From Candidatus Binatia bacterium (lineage in GTDB: Bacteria > Desulfobacterota > Binatia > Bin18), in NCBI GenBank assembly GCA_963664395.2, contig OY761159.2, positions 4,704,001 through 4,768,000 of the forward strand: a DNA stretch of 64,000 bases, written 5' to 3'. This document shows positions 58,999 to 64,000 of this stretch, piece by piece. The position numbers and the translations under genes are program-made. The notes beneath the pieces are model-generated. The model was not told the origin of the DNA, did no database searches, and saw nothing but the letters and a program-made list of their open reading frames with translations. Within the stretch, counting starts at the first letter, position 1, and the number at the start of each line of letters is the position of its first letter.

Positions 58999-59644
58999 TG
59001 TCTACAACCTCCAGGCGTGCCTCAAAAATTGAGGCCACATTCTCGATAACAGCCTGCTCTACAGTGGGAAAAGCTATAGGTAGACTGCACTCCTGTTTTA
59101 AGCTGGTCACTCCCCTATCGGCAAGGCCACAGGGTACGATGTCTGTAAACGGCTGCAAATCAAGATCAACATTGAGCGCGAATCCATGAAAAGAGACACG
59201 GCGGCGGACAGCAATGCCGACCGCACCAATTTTTTTCTCGCCAACCCACACTCCAGGATATCCGGCCTGGCGGCTCGTTTGGACTCCAAAGTGGAGACAT
59301 ATCTGTCGCATGACCTCTTCAAGCTGCGTAATAAAACGTCGTATCCCATATTTATGTAACAAGGAAGAAAAGACCGGATACGCAACAAGCTGACCTGGCG
59401 CGTGATAGGTCGCGCCCCCGCCCCGGTCTGTATACTCTACGCTCAAACCTTTCTCGCGGAGCTGCGCGGCTGAAAGCTTTACCTGCTCACAAGGCCGGCG
59501 GTAACCGAGTGTGATCACGGGCTGATGCTGAGTCAGCAAGAGAACGTTTGTCCACTGGGCAACACACCACGCGTGCCAGCGTCGTTGCACTTGAAGTGCC
59601 TGGGAATATGTGGTCAGGCCCAGATTCACGCACTGAACGTTCAT
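58919..59644 (-). CDS. lipB: Octanoyltransferase
   Basis: H.PV.TLG, DRGG..TYH.PGQLV.YP, KI.A.G, HGFALN, IVPCG; start may be 59683. Confidence 0.92.
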   Translation of the reverse strand: MNVQCVNLGLTTYSQALQVQRRWHAWCVAQWTNVLLLTQHQPVITLGYRRPCEQVKLSAAQLREKGLSVEYTDRGGGATYHAPGQLVAYPVFSSLLHKYGIRRFITQLEEVMRQICLHFGVQTSRQAGYPGVWVGEKKIGAVGIAVRRRVSFHGFALNVDLDLQPFTDIVPCGLADRGVTSLKQECSLPIAFPTVEQAVIENVASIFEARLEVVDNGCCLERRIPPSPLAHDQSARASERA

Positions 59645-59832
59645 ACGCCTCGTATCGAATCGGCCACTGTTACGATCATTCACGCGCGTTAGCTCTCTTT
59701 ATCTCTTGCTTTATCTCTTCAGAAGACACCGTTAGGGGAAGTGCGCCCTGCGGCCATCTCCTTCACTTGCGCCGTCCTTACGCAGTCTTGACCCTATGTT
59801 CCTCAGGTGGTAGCGCAGGAATTGAATTCGAT

Positions 59833-60183
59833 ATGCTTACTGTCTCCTCGTTGTTTCGAAATACGCTTTTCGTTGCGGGCATTGTCCTGGTCGCTCTCGG
59901 CATAGGCAACACTATTGTTGCACACTTCAAAGTACGGGAGTACCAGAGCGCCCTGGCCCGTACACCCCCTCCGGTTGCGGCCGAGCAAACGTTCGGGCAA
60001 AACACCCGGCTGCACCACTTCTCGAGTGAAGCCTGGAGCCGACACGCCCTCAACCAAGCCAAACTTGACTTCTACCACCTGCTGCACAACGTCGGTTGGC
60101 TCATGCTGTGTATCGGCCTGCTGTGTACGATTATGGCGGTTCATCGCCAGCGCTATCGGCAGCCCCGCTGGATGTCGCCCTAG
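59833..60183 (+). CDS. Hypothetical two-TM membrane protein
   Basis: Two hydrophobic segments in a 116-aa ORF from ATG 59833. Confidence 0.6.
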   Translation: MLTVSSLFRNTLFVAGIVLVALGIGNTIVAHFKVREYQSALARTPPPVAAEQTFGQNTRLHHFSSEAWSRHALNQAKLDFYHLLHNVGWLMLCIGLLCTIMAVHRQRYRQPRWMSP

Positions 60184-60325
60184 ACCCGGCATCCACCCTT
60201 TTTTGTCCGCCTCCGCGTGAAGCGGCAAGAGTCCCATGATAGCCCGCTGATAGCCCGCCCCGGACCCGTTTGAACCGCCCCGCTCCCAATATCACGAAAA
60301 AGTGAGATTGTAGCGATTACCCATG

Positions 60326-60354
60326 TTGACATTCCCCCCCCGCTCTACTAGTGT
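60326..60354 (+). promoter_or_regulatory. Putative sigma70 promoter TTGACA-N17-TAGTGT for the cof operon
   Basis: Canonical spacing; implies a cofG start at GTG 60386. Confidence 0.6.
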
Positions 60355-60385
60355 CGCAAAGGCATTTCAGCATGGGGGATATCGG

Positions 60386-61540
60386 GTGCAATCTCACATT
60401 TCGGTGATATTAGACAAAGCGCTTTCAGATGTCGCTTTGTCCGCTGAGGACGGATACCAACTCATCAGCTGCTCAGAGGAGGACTTTCCGGCCCTCCTGG
60501 AGGCGGCGGGGACCTTACGCGACCGCCACAAAGGCCGGACGGTGACCTATTCCCGGAAAGTCTTCCTGCCCGTCACCAATCTGTGTCGGGACCGCTGCTC
60601 GTACTGTACCTTTCGGAAGGACCCGCGCGACCCGGACGCCTGGACCATGAGCCCGGAGGACCTTCAGAGCTGGTTGGAGCGTGCCCAAAAACAGGGCTGT
60701 AAAGAGGCCCTCATGTGCTTGGGCGATAAGCCCGAGAACGCCTTTTCGAGCTATCGGGAAACCCTGGCTCGCTTTGGCCACACCACGACAACAGCCTACG
60801 TCTATCAGGCGTGTGAAATCGCGCTGTCCTACGGCATCCTGCCCCACACCAATGCCGGCGTGCTGAGCTATGACGAAATGAAGTCGCTCAAAGACGTCAA
60901 CGTCAGTCTCGGACTCATGTTGGAAAACATCAGCCCACGGCTGTGTGAGCGCGGCATGGCGCACTTTTCCGCGCCCGACAAACGGCCCGAAGTCCGAGTA
61001 AAAATGATCCGTGAGGCCGGAGAACTGGAGATTCCTTTTACTACGGGCATTCTGATTGGTATCGGGGAAACGCGCGAAGAAGTTGTTGACAGTTTGCTTG
61101 CGATTCGTGACCTGCACGAGGAATACGGTCATATTCAAGAAGTGATTGTTCAGAATTTTCGTGCCAAGCCGAATACCGGAATGGCCGATGCGCCTGAGCC
61201 GGAAAGTTATGAAATGGCCCGAACGGTTGCCGTTGCGCGGCTGCTCTTGGGCGGACCCATGAATGTGCAGGCTCCCCCCAATCTCAGTCCGCATGACCAC
61301 CGACTGCTGTTGCGTGCGGGGATTAACGACTGGGGCGGTATTTCGCCGGTTTCGATCGATTATGTCAATCCAGAGGCGGCCTGGCCGCATCTCAATTTAT
61401 TAGCAAAGACGTGTACTGAAGCAGGCTTTACCCTACGAGAGCGTTTGGCTATTTACGAAGAGTATATAGACCGACCAGGCTTCCTCTTGCCGGCGTTACA
61501 GCCGCGTACCCGCGAGTTGCAAGCCGCAGTGACGGCCTGA
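60386..61540 (+). CDS. cofG: FO synthase subunit CofG
   Basis: VTYSRKVF.P.TNLCRDRC.YC, GCKEAL, LPHTN.G, PFTTGILIG, QEVIVQNF, QAPPNL, GINDWGG.SP. Confidence 0.95.
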   Translation: MQSHISVILDKALSDVALSAEDGYQLISCSEEDFPALLEAAGTLRDRHKGRTVTYSRKVFLPVTNLCRDRCSYCTFRKDPRDPDAWTMSPEDLQSWLERAQKQGCKEALMCLGDKPENAFSSYRETLARFGHTTTTAYVYQACEIALSYGILPHTNAGVLSYDEMKSLKDVNVSLGLMLENISPRLCERGMAHFSAPDKRPEVRVKMIREAGELEIPFTTGILIGIGETREEVVDSLLAIRDLHEEYGHIQEVIVQNFRAKPNTGMADAPEPESYEMARTVAVARLLLGGPMNVQAPPNLSPHDHRLLLRAGINDWGGISPVSIDYVNPEAAWPHLNLLAKTCTEAGFTLRERLAIYEEYIDRPGFLLPALQPRTRELQAAVTA

Positions 61541-61599
61541 TTTTCGCATCCGAGAGTACAAAGAAAAGCTCAAATCTTCGAGCGTAAGGAGACCCAGCC

Positions 61600-62886
61600 G
61601 TGGCAACCCATAACATTGCCGGCATCCTTGACCACATTGACCCGCAGATTAGCACCATCCTGCATCGGGCCTTGGAAGGTGAAGAGATCTCTTGGCAAGA
61701 CGGCCTCCAGGTATGCCAGACCAGTGGCATTAATTTTCACGCAGTTTGTCTGGTCGCCGACGAAATGCGGCGCCGCCAAGTCGGTGAGGTGGTGACCTAT
61801 GTTGTCAACCGCAATATCAACTTCACCAATGTGTGTATTAAGCACTGCACGTTCTGCGCCTTCAGCCGGGAGTATCGTGAGGAAGAAGGCTATTTCCTGC
61901 CCGAGGAGGAGATCATTCGGCGGGCCCAAGAGGCAGTTGACATGGGCGCAACCGAGGTCTGCATGCAAGCCGGCCTGCCGCCCAAGATGAACGGCAGCCT
62001 CTATATCGACCTGACCCGAGCCGTGAAGAAAGCATTTCCGGACCTCCATATCCACGCGTTTTCGCCCGAAGAAGTATTGTATGGATCGCTTCGTTCAGGG
62101 GTCTCTATTCTCGAGTATATACGGGAACTCAAAAACGCCGGTCTAGACACCCTGCCCGGCACTTCAGCGGAAATTCTGGATCAGGAAATCCGCGATATCA
62201 TAGCTCCAGGGCGCATTTCGACCAAACAATGGATCGAGGTCATGACCTCGGCCCATAGTCTCGGTATCCCGACCACATCAACCATTATGTATGGCCATAT
62301 CGAGACGCCCGAACATTGGGTCAAACATATGAACCTGTTGCGGGATATTCAAAAGGAGACCGGCGGGTTTACCGAATTTGTGCCGCTGTCGCTCATCCAC
62401 CAGGAAGCGCCTATGTATCAACGCAAACTCGTCAAAGGGGTCCGCGAGGGAGCAACCGGCGCGGAGGTCATTAAGATGCATGCGGTTGCCCGGCTGATGC
62501 TGGGCCCCACCTTCCGCAATATTCAGTCCTCCTGGGTCAAAGAGGGCCCCAAGATGTCGCAATATTTGCTGACAGTGGGAGCGAATGACCTGGGTGGAAC
62601 GCTCATCAACGAGAGTATTTCGACCTCAGCCGGTGCGCAGTACGGCCAGCTCGTTCCACCCAAAGAGTTGCGGCGCTTGATCCGCGACGTTGGCCGCACC
62701 CCGGCCGAACGTTCTACGACCTATAAGCTGCGGACGGTCTTTAACGGGACTGACGACAAATTAAGTCCCTTAGATATGGTTGAGAATGCAGATGAGCAAT
62801 TCGGCTCCTACCGGAAGCTCGCCGCCTCAGACCAGTTCCGTTACGTTCATCCATTCGAGCGGGACAAGCAAGAAACCGCCCACTAA
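61600..62886 (+). CDS. cofH: FO synthase subunit CofH
   Basis: VTYVVNRNINFTNVC...C.FCAF, PGTSAEIL, TGGFTEFVPL, NIQ.SWVK.G, GANDLGGTL..ESIS. Confidence 0.95.
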   Translation: MATHNIAGILDHIDPQISTILHRALEGEEISWQDGLQVCQTSGINFHAVCLVADEMRRRQVGEVVTYVVNRNINFTNVCIKHCTFCAFSREYREEEGYFLPEEEIIRRAQEAVDMGATEVCMQAGLPPKMNGSLYIDLTRAVKKAFPDLHIHAFSPEEVLYGSLRSGVSILEYIRELKNAGLDTLPGTSAEILDQEIRDIIAPGRISTKQWIEVMTSAHSLGIPTTSTIMYGHIETPEHWVKHMNLLRDIQKETGGFTEFVPLSLIHQEAPMYQRKLVKGVREGATGAEVIKMHAVARLMLGPTFRNIQSSWVKEGPKMSQYLLTVGANDLGGTLINESISTSAGAQYGQLVPPKELRRLIRDVGRTPAERSTTYKLRTVFNGTDDKLSPLDMVENADEQFGSYRKLAASDQFRYVHPFERDKQETAH

Positions 62887-62901
62887 TCTGGAGGCGGAGG
62901 A

Positions 62902-63903
62902 GTGCCCTCCGCCCGTTCGACCGTGTCTACAGCCAACTCCTTACGCCTCACCGCCTTAGCCGGCGGTGTGGGAGCCGCGCGATTCCTGCGTGGGGTCGTC
63001 CGTATTATCCCGCCGGCAAACCTGAGCGTTATCGTGAATACAGGCGATGACGAAGAATTCTTCGGCCTCTCAGTTTCTCCTGACCTGGACACGGTGACCT
63101 ATACCTTAGCCAATGCCGTTGAGCCTGAAAAAGGCTGGGGCTTACCCCAGGAGACCTATCGCTGCCTTGAGGCACTCGGGCGCTATTATTCCGACACCTG
63201 GTTTGGCTTAGGCGATGCTGACCTCGCAACCCACCTGTTTCGTACCCAAGAGCTGCGCCAGGGGAGGACACTCAGCCAGGTGACCGCCGAGATTGCTCTG
63301 AAGTGGGGCGTTGAAGCAACCCTGCTTCCCATGAGTAATGAGCGCGTTCGGACCATTGTTCATACTGAGGCCGGCGCCCTGCCCTTTCAAGAATATTTCG
63401 TGAAACAGCGCAGTGAGGGGCAGGTCTCGAAAGTTGAATTCAGCGGCATTGAAACGTCCCATGCCGCGCCCGGCGTCGTCGAGGCCATTCACAGCGCCGA
63501 TCTGGTTATTCTCCCGCCGAGCAATCCGATTGTCAGCATCGGGCCAATTATTTCCCTACCGGGCGTGCGCCAGGCCCTTCAAGAAACCGCAGCCCCCGTG
63601 GCAGCCATCAGCCCCTTAGTCGCCGGGAAGCCCATCAAAGGACCGGCCGATCGTATGCTTGCCGGCCTGGGGATCGAAGTCTCGTCTGTTGGGATCGCCG
63701 AGCTGTATCAGGATTTTGTGGATACCTTTGTGCTCGATCAGCAAGATATGCAGCACGACCCAGCACCACGCGAACGCCTGGAAAAAATGGGGCTGGCTGT
63801 TATTGTCACCGATACCGTCATGAGTGATATGGACAAGTCGGTTGCGCTGGCACGAACGGTTATTGAGTTTGCCCATCAGAAACGCCCCACAGCGGTGACA
63901 TAA
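62902..63903 (+). CDS. cofD: 2-phospho-L-lactate transferase
   Basis: LAGGVGAARFL.G, NTGDD, PDLDT..Y.L, WF.LGD.D.ATH, FQEYFV, PSNP.VSI, GPA. Confidence 0.95.
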   Translation: MPSARSTVSTANSLRLTALAGGVGAARFLRGVVRIIPPANLSVIVNTGDDEEFFGLSVSPDLDTVTYTLANAVEPEKGWGLPQETYRCLEALGRYYSDTWFGLGDADLATHLFRTQELRQGRTLSQVTAEIALKWGVEATLLPMSNERVRTIVHTEAGALPFQEYFVKQRSEGQVSKVEFSGIETSHAAPGVVEAIHSADLVILPPSNPIVSIGPIISLPGVRQALQETAAPVAAISPLVAGKPIKGPADRMLAGLGIEVSSVGIAELYQDFVDTFVLDQQDMQHDPAPRERLEKMGLAVIVTDTVMSDMDKSVALARTVIEFAHQKRPTAVT

Positions 63904-63936
63904 AGTCACGCTCACACAGATGTTTGAGGACCTCGC

Positions 63937-64000
63937 ATGAGTACGATTGCCATTATCCCCATTCCCGGCGTTCCTCAGATCAAGCCTGGCGATGACCTGC
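63937..64000 (+). CDS. cofE: Coenzyme F420-0:L-glutamate ligase, 5' end only
   Basis: MSTIAIIPIPGVPQIKPGDDL N-terminus immediately after cofD. Confidence 0.8.
   Translation, partial: MSTIAIIPIPGVPQIKPGDDL

Overview
A 64-kb bacterial chromosomal window with no rRNA, CRISPR array, transposase or integrase. Gene content suggests a deltaproteobacterial-type organism, plausibly a Binatia-like sponge symbiont; this is inferred from tilS-ftsH-glmM-nnr-tsaE-lysC-cimA synteny, F420 genes and giant LRR/cadherin surface proteins. The backbone carries holA, an SdhA/SdhB/CCG-subunit oxidoreductase, a ychF-like gene, rtcB-archease, apt, cimA, lysC, tsaE, nnr, glmM, ftsH, tilS, tRNA-Met, lipB and cofG-cofH-cofD-cofE. 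Accessory features: (1) a GC-rich 10.9-23.5 kb array of giant secreted proteins with variable N-termini and the same duplicated C-terminal domain, separated by three copies of a conserved intergenic element; (2) a duplicated [nitroreductase + small helical protein] four-gene operon; (3) a UGSC selenoprotein split by the ORF caller, with a clear SECIS-like hairpin; (4) a structured non-coding element around a 14-codon ORF; (5) a low-GC islet with a YeeR-like gene, an HNH gene and toxin-antitoxin genes; (6) recurrent short tandem duplications at gene starts and stops. All family calls come from motif recognition by eye, not from database searches.
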